Virus record (IMG/VR): IMGVR_UViG_3300042387_001967
DNA from: a virus
Length of the DNA stretch: 64,000 nucleotides
Direction: 5' to 3' (one strand)
Shown piece by piece: positions 55,894 to 64,000 of this stretch (position 1 is the stretch's first letter; every line of letters begins with the position of its first letter). The notes beneath the pieces were generated by a model that saw only the letters and a list, made by a program, of their open reading frames with translations, did not search any database and was not told where the DNA came from. The translations under genes were made by a program, and so were the position numbers.

Positions 55894-57362
55894 TAAAGGC
55901 TGCGTTTTAAGCGCTTGAGCGCTCGGTTAAAGATCCTCTGGTATTCTTCTGGCGTCAGGTCGCCCAGGTCCTTCCCTGCTGGGAGTTCCAGTTTGGCGAG
56001 CGCCAGCATGATCTGCTCCTTGTGCTGCGTGGACCGCAACAGCTTGGCAATCTTCTCCGTCGCCTCGCGGCCAGCGACGTCGTCGTCGAACGCCAAGAAC
56101 ACCAGGTGAAAGTGTCTTACCACCTTTGCGGCGTTCTCCAGGCTGATGGACGAGCCGGTGACGGGGAGGACACCGGGGCCTCCGCGCCCGCCGTCCAGTG
56201 GTCCTTCGGTGAGCACCGCCCACTTGAGATCGTCCGGATCGCTCTTCGCGCGCGCGATCGCCGCGTCCCACCCCATCAGCTGCCGCTGTGAGTATTTCGC
56301 GGTGCGATACTTCGACGGTCGGAACTTGAGCGTGCCGTCCTTGATTTCGTCGTATGGCGGCATCGGCTGCCACGCCGCGCTGGGGTTCGCGCGAGTGTGC
56401 GTGTGGCTCCAGACGCACAGCCAGTAGCCGCCGCGCTGCTCGTCTCGCACCATCCGCATCTGGTCTCCCGGCCCGCCCGACTTGAACGATGCCCTGTGCG
56501 ATCTGGCGATCGTCGATAAGTCGAACCCGCGGTAGAAGCCGCCGCCGTATGGATGCAGCATGTAGCGGTTGAGGCCATCCTCGGACTCCCGCTCGATGAC
56601 ACGCGCCTGCCAGCCCAAGGGTATGCCGTCCACCGTCGCCTTGAAGATGATGCGGTGCTGCGGCGTGTCCTTCCAGCCGCCTGGCATCTTCCGGTAGAAT
56701 ATCTGCTTCTCGCCGTAGGGATATTCCTTCACGCAAAACCCAACGTCGAACTGCTGCACGAGCGCCTTGATGTCGTAGCGCCGGTTGACCAGATACCGGA
56801 CTGCCGGATGCTCAGCAGGCAGCGTGTCCAACCCCACCACCTCGCCGGGCGGCGGAGGGGCCAGTTCGCCGCTCTTCGGATCCTTCTCCCACATCTCCTT
56901 GATATCGTCCGCGACGGCCCCGCCGCGCATGTCTGCGCGCGTGGCGATGTCGGGGAATCGTTCGGAAACGGTTCCCATGTTCAGCAGGTCATCCAGCGGG
57001 ATCATGTGCGGTTGCCGCGATGACCGCGTGCGCATGCAGATGCCGGCGCCGTATTCCTGCTTCTTCCGCAGTTCCTCGCGTTCCTCGAACATCCTGGGGC
57101 GCCAGGCTTGCCCGGCGGTGGTGTCCCGGAAGTCGCCAAGGCCGGCGAGCACGCTCAGGTTGATCGCATATTTCGGATCGTCCAGCTCGCGCCGTCCGTG
57201 GTCCTCCAGGCACTTCGGACACGGGATGTAGAGGTGGTAGCCGCTGACTTCGCGCGCAAGTACCGTGGGGCACCCTTGCAACTCCGTGATCCTCTGCGCC
57301 CATTTTCGAACCTCCTCCGGCGCGTGCGCCGCGCTGTCGTTCGTGTGAATTTCGCTACTCAT
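55893..57362 (-). CDS. DnaG-like DNA primase
   Basis: N-terminal CPKC zinc finger; TOPRIM LTEGPLD and AFDDDVAG. Confidence 0.85.
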   Translation of the reverse strand: MSSEIHTNDSAAHAPEEVRKWAQRITELQGCPTVLAREVSGYHLYIPCPKCLEDHGRRELDDPKYAINLSVLAGLGDFRDTTAGQAWRPRMFEEREELRKKQEYGAGICMRTRSSRQPHMIPLDDLLNMGTVSERFPDIATRADMRGGAVADDIKEMWEKDPKSGELAPPPPGEVVGLDTLPAEHPAVRYLVNRRYDIKALVQQFDVGFCVKEYPYGEKQIFYRKMPGGWKDTPQHRIIFKATVDGIPLGWQARVIERESEDGLNRYMLHPYGGGFYRGFDLSTIARSHRASFKSGGPGDQMRMVRDEQRGGYWLCVWSHTHTRANPSAAWQPMPPYDEIKDGTLKFRPSKYRTAKYSQRQLMGWDAAIARAKSDPDDLKWAVLTEGPLDGGRGGPGVLPVTGSSISLENAAKVVRHFHLVFLAFDDDVAGREATEKIAKLLRSTQHKEQIMLALAKLELPAGKDLGDLTPEEYQRIFNRALKRLKRSL

Positions 57363-57372
57363 GTTGTGGTTA

Positions 57373-59157
57373 TCACGCCGGCACGACGGCCGGCACGTCT
57401 TGTAGGTGTCCCCAGTAGGCGGCGAGCTTCAGCTTGCCGGCCCTGTTCCAGTCGCAGAAATCCTCGCCGTTCGGCTTGTGCTTGACCCACAGATTGATGC
57501 CGTCCTTATCGATCGGAGCATCATCGTCATCGGCAATAATCGGCGGCTCGGGAATGCCCACCGCCCCGCCGCGCAGCAGGAGCGAGTCTGGAAACATGTC
57601 GAGCAGCTTCGGCAGCACCCTGCGCTCCAGCTTCGACATGCGGGTGAGCGACACGACTGGCAGGAAATGCACCGCGTAAATCGCGTCCGCCTTGTGCCCC
57701 AGCGTAACCATCATCTGCAAGGCTTCGCTGTCGTGGAACGCCTCGGGGTGCTCCGCGAAGTCAGCCCGGGCCTCCTCGAACTCGTCGAGCGCGTCCTGCA
57801 GATCGATCGCCGGCGCCCGGTTCGGCAACGTGTAGGCCCGCGTCGTCCTGCCCATCTGGCATTCCTCGGTGCCGCACAGCTCCGCCAGGTCGCCGCGCGC
57901 CACCAGCTCGTCCAGCAGCGCCAGCGTGACGCCGGGGATGTCCCTGCGGACCTGTGTGCGCGGTACGCGCCTGTGCGTGGATTTCTCAATCGCTTCCTCC
58001 ATCGCCCGCTTGGCCACGGTGAGCCGGGGCGCTGTCACGAAGATGTCCCGCGGATGCCTGAGGTTGAGAATCCGCTTCTCGAACCCTGCCTGCCCGCTGG
58101 CCATACGGTAAATGTAGCGAGCCATCCCCTGCGCAAACTCCAGCGACTTCGCGTCCAGCTCCACATCGCGCAACGGACCGTCCCGGTTGGTCTGTGCGGC
58201 CTCCAGGAATGAATTGACCATGGCCGCGCGCGCGGCGAACAGGATGGCGTTCTCCGGCGACGTCGGCGAAGTTTCCGCCAGCTTCACCTGCCACGCCGGC
58301 ACCTCGGGAACGTCCAGCAGATGCGACAGCTGCCAGTTGAGAAACTTGCGCCAGCCCGCAGCAGCGTCGGCCGCGAAGCGAACCTTCACCCGCTTCTCCT
58401 CCGGCTTGTCGCCGAGCGCGAACACCCGACGTGCCAGCGAATACAGCACGTCCGCGCTGGTGCCGCTGAAGACGCCGGGGCGTCCGGGAATGACGATGGT
58501 CGTGCCGATACCAACCTGTCCGGATGCGGTGGTCTTCACCCGCTCCAGCAATGTCGTCAGATGCTGCTCCTTGCAGCTGCAGAAGAAGTTGAACGCCGGA
58601 CAGACGCCGGTCAGCGAGTGGATGAGCGCGCCACCAGTCGCGCCGGCCCGGATGAATGTCTCGTCGGTCGTGCCTTCCATCAGCGTCGTCCATCCGAGGT
58701 CACCGGCCAGATTCCGCGGATTGCTGAGATGCGCGCCGAGCCGGGCGCCGACTGGATCGACGTAAGTGAACGCTCCGTAGTAGTGCGTCTTGAGCAGCTC
58801 GATGATCGTGGACTTCTGAGTCTGATCCTCCTTCCACGCGATGTGCGCTCGCATCGCAATTTTGTCCTTCAGCTCCTTGAGCTTTGCCTTGTTCATGCCG
58901 GTCGCACTCGCGAGTTGTTCCGGCTGCTGTTCTGCTGCCTCGACTGCGCGCCGGTCTGCGGCTGTGGCGTCGTCGTGGAAGCGCTTGAACATGACCTCCG
59001 CGTTCGCCAGGTTGACCAGCGCCATGCTGGGCAGCGCTGACGTGAACACCATTCCCCGGGTCAGCGGAAATGGCGAGCTGTAGCCGCGCCCCAACGTCGC
59101 ATGGTAGAGCAGCAGCTCTGCGAGCATGGAAGCCCGGGGTTCAGTGGTGGATTGCAT
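57373..59157 (-). CDS. large hypothetical protein, possibly DUF3987-like with C-terminal winged helix
   Basis: Next to the primase; VRFAADAAAGWRKF and ELDAKSLEFAQGMARY resemble DUF3987 helices by recall only. Confidence 0.5.
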   Translation of the reverse strand: MQSTTEPRASMLAELLLYHATLGRGYSSPFPLTRGMVFTSALPSMALVNLANAEVMFKRFHDDATAADRRAVEAAEQQPEQLASATGMNKAKLKELKDKIAMRAHIAWKEDQTQKSTIIELLKTHYYGAFTYVDPVGARLGAHLSNPRNLAGDLGWTTLMEGTTDETFIRAGATGGALIHSLTGVCPAFNFFCSCKEQHLTTLLERVKTTASGQVGIGTTIVIPGRPGVFSGTSADVLYSLARRVFALGDKPEEKRVKVRFAADAAAGWRKFLNWQLSHLLDVPEVPAWQVKLAETSPTSPENAILFAARAAMVNSFLEAAQTNRDGPLRDVELDAKSLEFAQGMARYIYRMASGQAGFEKRILNLRHPRDIFVTAPRLTVAKRAMEEAIEKSTHRRVPRTQVRRDIPGVTLALLDELVARGDLAELCGTEECQMGRTTRAYTLPNRAPAIDLQDALDEFEEARADFAEHPEAFHDSEALQMMVTLGHKADAIYAVHFLPVVSLTRMSKLERRVLPKLLDMFPDSLLLRGGAVGIPEPPIIADDDDAPIDKDGINLWVKHKPNGEDFCDWNRAGKLKLAAYWGHLQDVPAVVPA

Positions 59158-59307
59158 AGTGTCGCATTGTGTTGATTCGTGATCGCCCCGCAGCAGCCAA
59201 GCCGGGGGCGACGTTGTATGGTTAGACTCTCCGCGGAAGCTCGTCAACTGCTTATTTCAAAGTCTTGAACGAATTTTTATTGACCGGGAAGTGTGCGCAA
59301 CGCTGCA

Positions 59308-59591
59308 GCACGTACAAAGCCAAAGCCAATCTCGAGATTGCTAGTGCTTTGTACGTGCTTTGATTTGATAATCACCCGGGTGTCAACGACTTACGTCAAA
59401 TCCAATCTGGAAAAGGCCTTTTCTATATAACGCGCGCGCGTTTTATTCCGGACCTCTTATATAAGAAGCGTCTTTTCCAGATTGGATTTGACGTAAGTGC
59501 CTGATGTTGTTTGTTTAATCAAATCAAAGCACGTACAAAGCACTAGCAATCTCGAGATTGGCTTTGGCTTTGTTTTCGAGATTGGCTTTGT
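59308..59591. other. concentric inverted-repeat element, candidate replication origin
   Basis: Perfect 56-bp IR (59314-369/59518-573), 27-bp IR (59389-415/59472-498) and TATATAA IR (59424-430/59457-463) all share axis 59443.5; AT-rich and non-coding. Confidence 0.7.
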
Positions 59592-59654
59592 ATTCTGCCC
59601 GGTTTTTCCAGATGTGCTATTTTAGCAGACTAGACTATCGGGACAACTCGACGA

Positions 59655-59957
59655 TTACGGCAGCCGCATCAAGATTCGCTCACGCCGTTCCATGTACACG
59701 ACGCCGATGACGTAGCTGCCGCCTTCCTCGATTGCGATGCGCCACCCCTCGTCGGGATTCCCGGGGATGCCTTGTGCACGCAGCAACGCGTCCGCTTCCT
59801 CGTAGGTGCAGAGTCTCAGCTCGAGTCGTCGGTATCGTTTGAAGATTCGGTAGTAGAGGCTTTTCAACGCTCGGAGCAGCAGCTGAAAACCAGACGCCGG
59901 TCTGGTTTTCAGTCTCCTCGATTTGAGTGCGTCATGCTGTGGTGTTTTCTGTATCAT
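59655..59957 (-). CDS. hypothetical protein
   Basis: Start MIQKTP at 59957; weak support. Confidence 0.4.
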   Translation of the reverse strand: MIQKTPQHDALKSRRLKTRPASGFQLLLRALKSLYYRIFKRYRRLELRLCTYEEADALLRAQGIPGNPDEGWRIAIEEGGSYVIGVVYMERRERILMRLP

Positions 59958-60042
59958 AGGTGATTGTGTTTGACACTGTGCGCTGTTGCGATATTTTTCC
60001 CGCGTCGAGATGCTCGTCGCATTGTATCTCAACAGCCAGCGT

Positions 60043-60078
60043 AACGCCGGCCCTCACGGGCCGGCGTTTTCGTTTTGT
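60043..60078 (+). terminator. intrinsic terminator
   Basis: AACGCCGGCCC-tcac-GGGCCGGCGTT followed by TTCGTTTT. Confidence 0.7.
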
Positions 60079-60094
60079 GCGACAGAGATGAGTC

Positions 60095-60123
60095 TTGCAC
60101 CCCGGAGAGTTTTCGCCTACATT
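60095..60123 (+). promoter_or_regulatory. sigma70-like promoter
   Basis: TTGCAC-17 nt-TACATT, about 50 nt upstream of ATG 60173. Confidence 0.5.
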
Positions 60124-60172
60124 TGATCCTCTGTAAATCCCACGCAACAAAAACCATCAACTACCCACTACC

Positions 60173-61315
60173 ATGACTGTCCGAGTTCCCACTACCAATC
60201 TCAGCGGCAACGACGGCCGCGCAGGCTTCCGCGACGTCGACTTTAAGACGGCAGATGACCTTGTCGTTACGTTTCCCAAAGTCGGGAAGCGCTACCGCAT
60301 CAAATCCATCTCGATCATCTCCAAGACGGTCTCAGTGCTGACCAACGGCGCGACCGTGGTGGCGAACGAAGCGACCACCAGCGTCGACACGGACGCGCAA
60401 GTCACGCTGACCAGCAACGCTACCGCGCCGACGAACGGCGAGACGGTCACGCTGGGCAACAAGACCTACACCCTGAAGGATTTCGTGAAAGCATCCGGGA
60501 CGCTGACGTCGGACGGCACGGCCCCTTCGGACGGTGACACTGTCACCATCGGGAACAAGACCTACACGTTCAAGACGACCCTGACGCCCACGGAAGGCCA
60601 GGTGTTGATCGGCGTCTCCGCTGCGGTGGCCCTGGACAATCTCAAGGCGGCCGTCAACCACACCGGGACTCCTGACACGGACTACAAGTGCGCGGCGGCC
60701 CACACGCAAGTCGAGGCCACCACGAACACGAACACGACCCAGCTATTCGTGGCTCTGGACGCTGGCACCGCTGGTAACGCTCTCGTCACCACGGAGGCGG
60801 GCACGCATACGTCCTTCGGCGCGGCCACGCTCGCCGGCGGCACCGACCCGACCGTCGAGGGCGAAGTGAAGATCGGCGTCTCTGCTGCCACCTGCCTCGA
60901 CAACCTCAAGGCCGCGGTCAACAAGGACGCCGGCCACGGCACCCTCTACTTCGCTGCGGCGGCCCACACGCAGTTCACGGCGACGACCAACTCGGACACC
61001 ACGCAGCTGTTCGTGGCCAGCGTGGGTGCATACACCGGCGCAGGCGGCAACGGTCTCACCGTGTCGGACACCTCGTCCACCCTGACCTGGAGCGTGGCGA
61101 CACTCGCTGGCGGTCTGGATGGCATCCTCGTCAACGAGATGGTCGACAGCACCAACCTCGCGGACACCGACGAGGACGGACTCATTCAGAACCTCACCCT
61201 TCGCTCCGACGCAGAGGTCATCACCGGCGGCAACTCGCTCATCCTGTCCATCCGCGGCGGATCCACTGCGACCACGGACGTGAAGGACGTGGACATCGAA
61301 TACAGCGTCATCTAG
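60173..61315 (+). CDS. Thr/Ala/Gly-rich beta-sandwich structural or decoration protein with nested repeats
   Basis: The only clear plus-strand gene. Two copies of GxTVTxGNKTYT..IG..LDNLKAAVN..TLAGG, a domain type common in phage sheath/decoration proteins. Confidence 0.8.
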   Translation: MTVRVPTTNLSGNDGRAGFRDVDFKTADDLVVTFPKVGKRYRIKSISIISKTVSVLTNGATVVANEATTSVDTDAQVTLTSNATAPTNGETVTLGNKTYTLKDFVKASGTLTSDGTAPSDGDTVTIGNKTYTFKTTLTPTEGQVLIGVSAAVALDNLKAAVNHTGTPDTDYKCAAAHTQVEATTNTNTTQLFVALDAGTAGNALVTTEAGTHTSFGAATLAGGTDPTVEGEVKIGVSAATCLDNLKAAVNKDAGHGTLYFAAAAHTQFTATTNSDTTQLFVASVGAYTGAGGNGLTVSDTSSTLTWSVATLAGGLDGILVNEMVDSTNLADTDEDGLIQNLTLRSDAEVITGGNSLILSIRGGSTATTDVKDVDIEYSVI

Positions 61316-61335
61316 TCCAGCAGGCTGAAACATTC

Positions 61336-61374
61336 AAGGCGCCGGTCTCTCGCGAGACCGGCGCCTTTTGTTTC
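61336..61374 (+). terminator. intrinsic terminator between convergent genes
   Basis: AAGGCGCCGGTCTC-tcgc-GAGACCGGCGCCTT followed by TTGTTT. Confidence 0.8.
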
Positions 61375-61404
61375 TACGCGATAGTGTCAACCGATCGGGG
61401 CTCG

Positions 61405-61812
61405 TTATTTGCTTCCTCCCCAGATTCCGTCCCCTGCTAGCCTTCTATCCCGGTCTGCGTGCACTTCGTGTAAGTGCAACTTCCTCCGTATCTCGTCGCG
61501 CTCCGCGAACTTCGATGAGTAAGGGCGCTTGCCTTTGAGCGCGACAGAGAGCTGCCGGTTGAGTTCGTCGAGCGCGACATCGCCCTCACGTTCAGCGGTC
61601 TGCACGTAATCCAGCATCCCGTCCACCTGCGGCAGGATTGCCAAGATCAGCTTGTCCCGGGTGCGCCAGTCGTCCGGATCCATTCCGAGCGCAAGCATCG
61701 CAGTGACGGCGATCGCGCTCGAGGCAGAGACGCCTTCTTCGTTGTCGAGTCGCCACACGCTACCTGACTTGCCTCGCCGAACTGCGAAGGGATTGGTTTT
61801 TGGTTTGCTCAT
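61405..61812 (-). CDS. hypothetical protein
   Basis: Start MSKPKT at 61812, ATGA-coupled to the helicase. Confidence 0.6.
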   Translation of the reverse strand: MSKPKTNPFAVRRGKSGSVWRLDNEEGVSASSAIAVTAMLALGMDPDDWRTRDKLILAILPQVDGMLDYVQTAEREGDVALDELNRQLSVALKGKRPYSSKFAERDEIRRKLHLHEVHADRDRRLAGDGIWGGSK

Positions 61813-64000
61813 GCTGTCTTTGCTGTGAATCGCTGGAACCGGAACTCCCGGCGCACTTGAATGTTGTTTCCCTCGCCCTTTCTGGCCTTGCACAGGCAGA
61901 ACAGCTGGTCATCGAGGAACATGCTGCGAGGCATGTCCGCCTTGCCGCGCTCTGCCGCCACGATGCCGGCCTTGTCGATCGTGTTGGTGACGCCGATCAC
62001 GGCGACCATGTTCTTGCCGAGCCCCTTGCTGATGCCTATGTCGTTGATCGTCAGTATGCGCTTGAGCTGTGCATCGTTGACCGCCTGGGCCAGGAGCAGC
62101 GTCGGGATTCCGGAGCGGTCCGCAAACTTCACGCCGCTGTTGGCTGACTGCTCCCAGAGCATTGCCCGCTCCGAGGTGCCGCCGTGCTTGCCGCCCGGCG
62201 CGGCGTCCGCCACCGAGCCCAGCCAGTCCAGACACACCCAGGTCGGGTCGTGTCCCATCTTGGACTTGTAGATCATGCACTCCCGCTCCAGCAGCATCTG
62301 CAGGTTCATCCCGTCATCCGGGGAGACCTTGTGGATGCGCGTGCGCTCGAGGAACTTTGCCAGCACCTCGTCCACCTTCTTGATGCGATACATGGACGCG
62401 GGGTTGCTCATGACCGCCTGCCGTATCTGCGCGACGTTCTCGCAGTCCTGCACGACGTTGATCGGGATACCGGCCGCGTTGGACACCGTGCGCACGGCAT
62501 ACTCACGCGGGTGCAGCTCCGTGGTCACAATCAACGGCCAGCCGTGGTTGTGGCTGGCCTCCCACCAGGCGCACTGCCCCGCGGCGATCGAGTTGTGCGT
62601 AATGGAGAAATCACCCAGCAGGTAGCGACGATCCGGTCCTTCCACGCTGAAACCGTAGTAGTCACCTTCCCCTAGACTTTCCACGGAGAACCCATTGGTC
62701 AGCGGATTTTTGATCTGCCGCCTGGTCGGCGGCGTCACCCTTTTTACAGGCAACACCACGTCGCCGTAAGGCTGTATGAGCGCGCGCCAGCTGGTGCAGT
62801 CGACATCAAACCCACGCGTTACGCGAGGACTGGACACCGTGACCGAGTATCCCAGCGAACGACCCAGAAACGCCACAGCGTTCACTAGGTCTTCCTGCGT
62901 GTTTGAAAACTCCCAGCCGGACTTCGCGACGCACCCGTCGGAATCAAGCAACCCAGCCAGCAGTGCTGCCCTCTCGTCGATGGAGGCGACCAGAAAATGA
63001 GCCGGAACATGCTTATTACGGATCAGTCCCAATTTGCGCAGAGCCGCCTTGAAACCGCCAGTGATGGAAATCTTTTCGCAACGATCCGGGTCGTCCGGAC
63101 GGCGCACGCATGTCCACCCGGCGGATTCGACTATTTCCCGAAGCATCCGCTCGCATCCTGGCTTGCTGATTTCTGGGTGCCACTTGCACCCGTCGCCTAA
63201 CCAAAATCCCAGCAGGTAAGGTGGGATTTCCAACGGAGACGCCTGCTGCGGAAACACCACGATCCCGGCTTGCACCCACTTGGTGACATGCCGAAACTTT
63301 TTGCTGCTCGCCAGATAGTCGTCCAGCGGGACATCAATCAGTGTTCCACTGCGCGCAGCTACGCCGCGAGAGGACCTCACCGTCCTCTTTCCTATGTTGG
63401 TGACAGCCAGAGTCAGCGTGTGGCTGCGGTTGACAACGACAGGTTCGGCCGACCGCAGAGGGGTGATCCGGAACATCTCTTCTCTTCCGCGGACAAGCTC
63501 GGTGACTTTTCTCGGGGTCGAGTCGGGTCCCATGAGCAGGTCGCCTACGACGACATCTTCGACTGCCTTAGTAATACCGTCATACATCAGTATTCGAGTC
63601 CCCTTGCTGTAGCACTTGCCGCCGCCTGTGCCCCCGAAGAGCAGGTAGCACTCGTTGGGGCCCCATCCGCCGTTCAGGCACTCGTCCAGCCCTGTGATGC
63701 CTGTGGGGCGCCTCAGCGTGCGTTCGAGGATCTGACTGCCGGCGAACGCCTGCATGGGGTCCTCCGCGCCTTCTGCGACCGCCTGGGCCGCGGCGGAGAG
63801 GGACCGCTGCATCTCGACGATCTGCCCGGGTACATCGGGAATCACGTCCCGCCGGAGCACCAACGCGGCTTTCTTCGCGCGGATGCTGCCATACCAGGCC
63901 TCGAAGTAGGGCCGGATGCAGTAGTGCTGCTCGCAGAACGATGGGTCCTGCAGTTCCTTGATTAACTTCACAGCGATCGCGACGATCTCGTCATCGGAGC
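61809..64000 (-). CDS. dnaB: DnaB-like replicative helicase with intein (partial, 5' end outside the window)
   Basis: TGITGLD, FGGTGGGK|S Walker A, VCLDW Walker B, LLAQ and KARKG. The frame stays open to base 64000. Confidence 0.85.
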   Translation of the reverse strand, partial: SDDEIVAIAVKLIKELQDPSFCEQHYCIRPYFEAWYGSIRAKKAALVLRRDVIPDVPGQIVEMQRSLSAAAQAVAEGAEDPMQAFAGSQILERTLRRPTGITGLDECLNGGWGPNECYLLFGGTGGGKCYSKGTRILMYDGITKAVEDVVVGDLLMGPDSTPRKVTELVRGREEMFRITPLRSAEPVVVNRSHTLTLAVTNIGKRTVRSSRGVAARSGTLIDVPLDDYLASSKKFRHVTKWVQAGIVVFPQQASPLEIPPYLLGFWLGDGCKWHPEISKPGCERMLREIVESAGWTCVRRPDDPDRCEKISITGGFKAALRKLGLIRNKHVPAHFLVASIDERAALLAGLLDSDGCVAKSGWEFSNTQEDLVNAVAFLGRSLGYSVTVSSPRVTRGFDVDCTSWRALIQPYGDVVLPVKRVTPPTRRQIKNPLTNGFSVESLGEGDYYGFSVEGPDRRYLLGDFSITHNSIAAGQCAWWEASHNHGWPLIVTTELHPREYAVRTVSNAAGIPINVVQDCENVAQIRQAVMSNPASMYRIKKVDEVLAKFLERTRIHKVSPDDGMNLQMLLERECMIYKSKMGHDPTWVCLDWLGSVADAAPGGKHGGTSERAMLWEQSANSGVKFADRSGIPTLLLAQAVNDAQLKRILTINDIGISKGLGKNMVAVIGVTNTIDKAGIVAAERGKADMPRSMFLDDQLFCLCKARKGEGNNIQVRREFRFQRFTAKTA
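62592..63614 (-). mobile_element. intein (341 aa) with LAGLIDADG endonuclease in DnaB
   Basis: Starts CYSKGTRILMYDG, ends ITHN, +1 Ser; LLGFWLGDG and LLAGLLDSDG blocks. Confidence 0.95.

Noticed and set aside
55893-57362. Intein or intron in the primase central insert
   Set aside because: The roughly 60-aa extra segment has no C...HN ends or endonuclease motifs, so it is treated as an ordinary insertion.
94-59083. Many long plus-strand ORFs (for example 94..1095, 37440..39038, 38921..40618)
   Set aside because: They lie antisense to motif-bearing minus-strand genes, have no recognisable motifs, and are expected shadows in high-GC3 DNA.
1-64000. Alternative genetic code, tRNA or rRNA genes
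   Set aside because: Genes are intact and densely packed under code 11 using all three stops, and no cloverleaf or rRNA-like segment was recognised in the short intergenic gaps.

Overview
The window is part of a large, GC-rich (roughly 60-65% by eye) tailed-phage genome of jumbo type. Almost every real gene is on the minus strand, and long plus-strand ORFs are mostly antisense shadows. There are three blocks. (1) 1-19.8 kb is an early/accessory block: NAD-dependent DNA ligase (cut by the left edge), a GHKL ATPase, a C5 DNA methyltransferase, a second SAM-methyltransferase-like ORF, peptide deformylase and many small ATGA-coupled hypotheticals. (2) 19.9-38.9 kb is a virion/transcription block: a probable portal, several glycine-zipper membrane proteins and a multisubunit RNA polymerase. 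Its beta subunit is split over three genes, and the last piece is fused to the N-terminus of beta'. Two of the pieces carry unrelated passenger domains (ART-like, acylphosphatase-like and a GWLQWY-type domain). A recurrent K-x-A-[A/S] motif marks many domain junctions in this block, suggesting protease-processed, virion-packaged polyproteins. (3) 39-64 kb is a replication block: RecQ (intein), a RecA-like protein lacking the P-loop lysine, a family A DNA polymerase with a UDG-like N-terminus, HNH endonuclease, PIF1 helicase, MazG-like, gp88-like, primase and DnaB-like helicase (intein, cut by the right edge). A concentric inverted-repeat element at 59.3-59.6 kb is a strong origin candidate. 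No tRNA, rRNA or CRISPR array was seen. The catalytic beta' DxDGD motif was not found in this window. All family assignments come from motif reading and recall, not from database searches.
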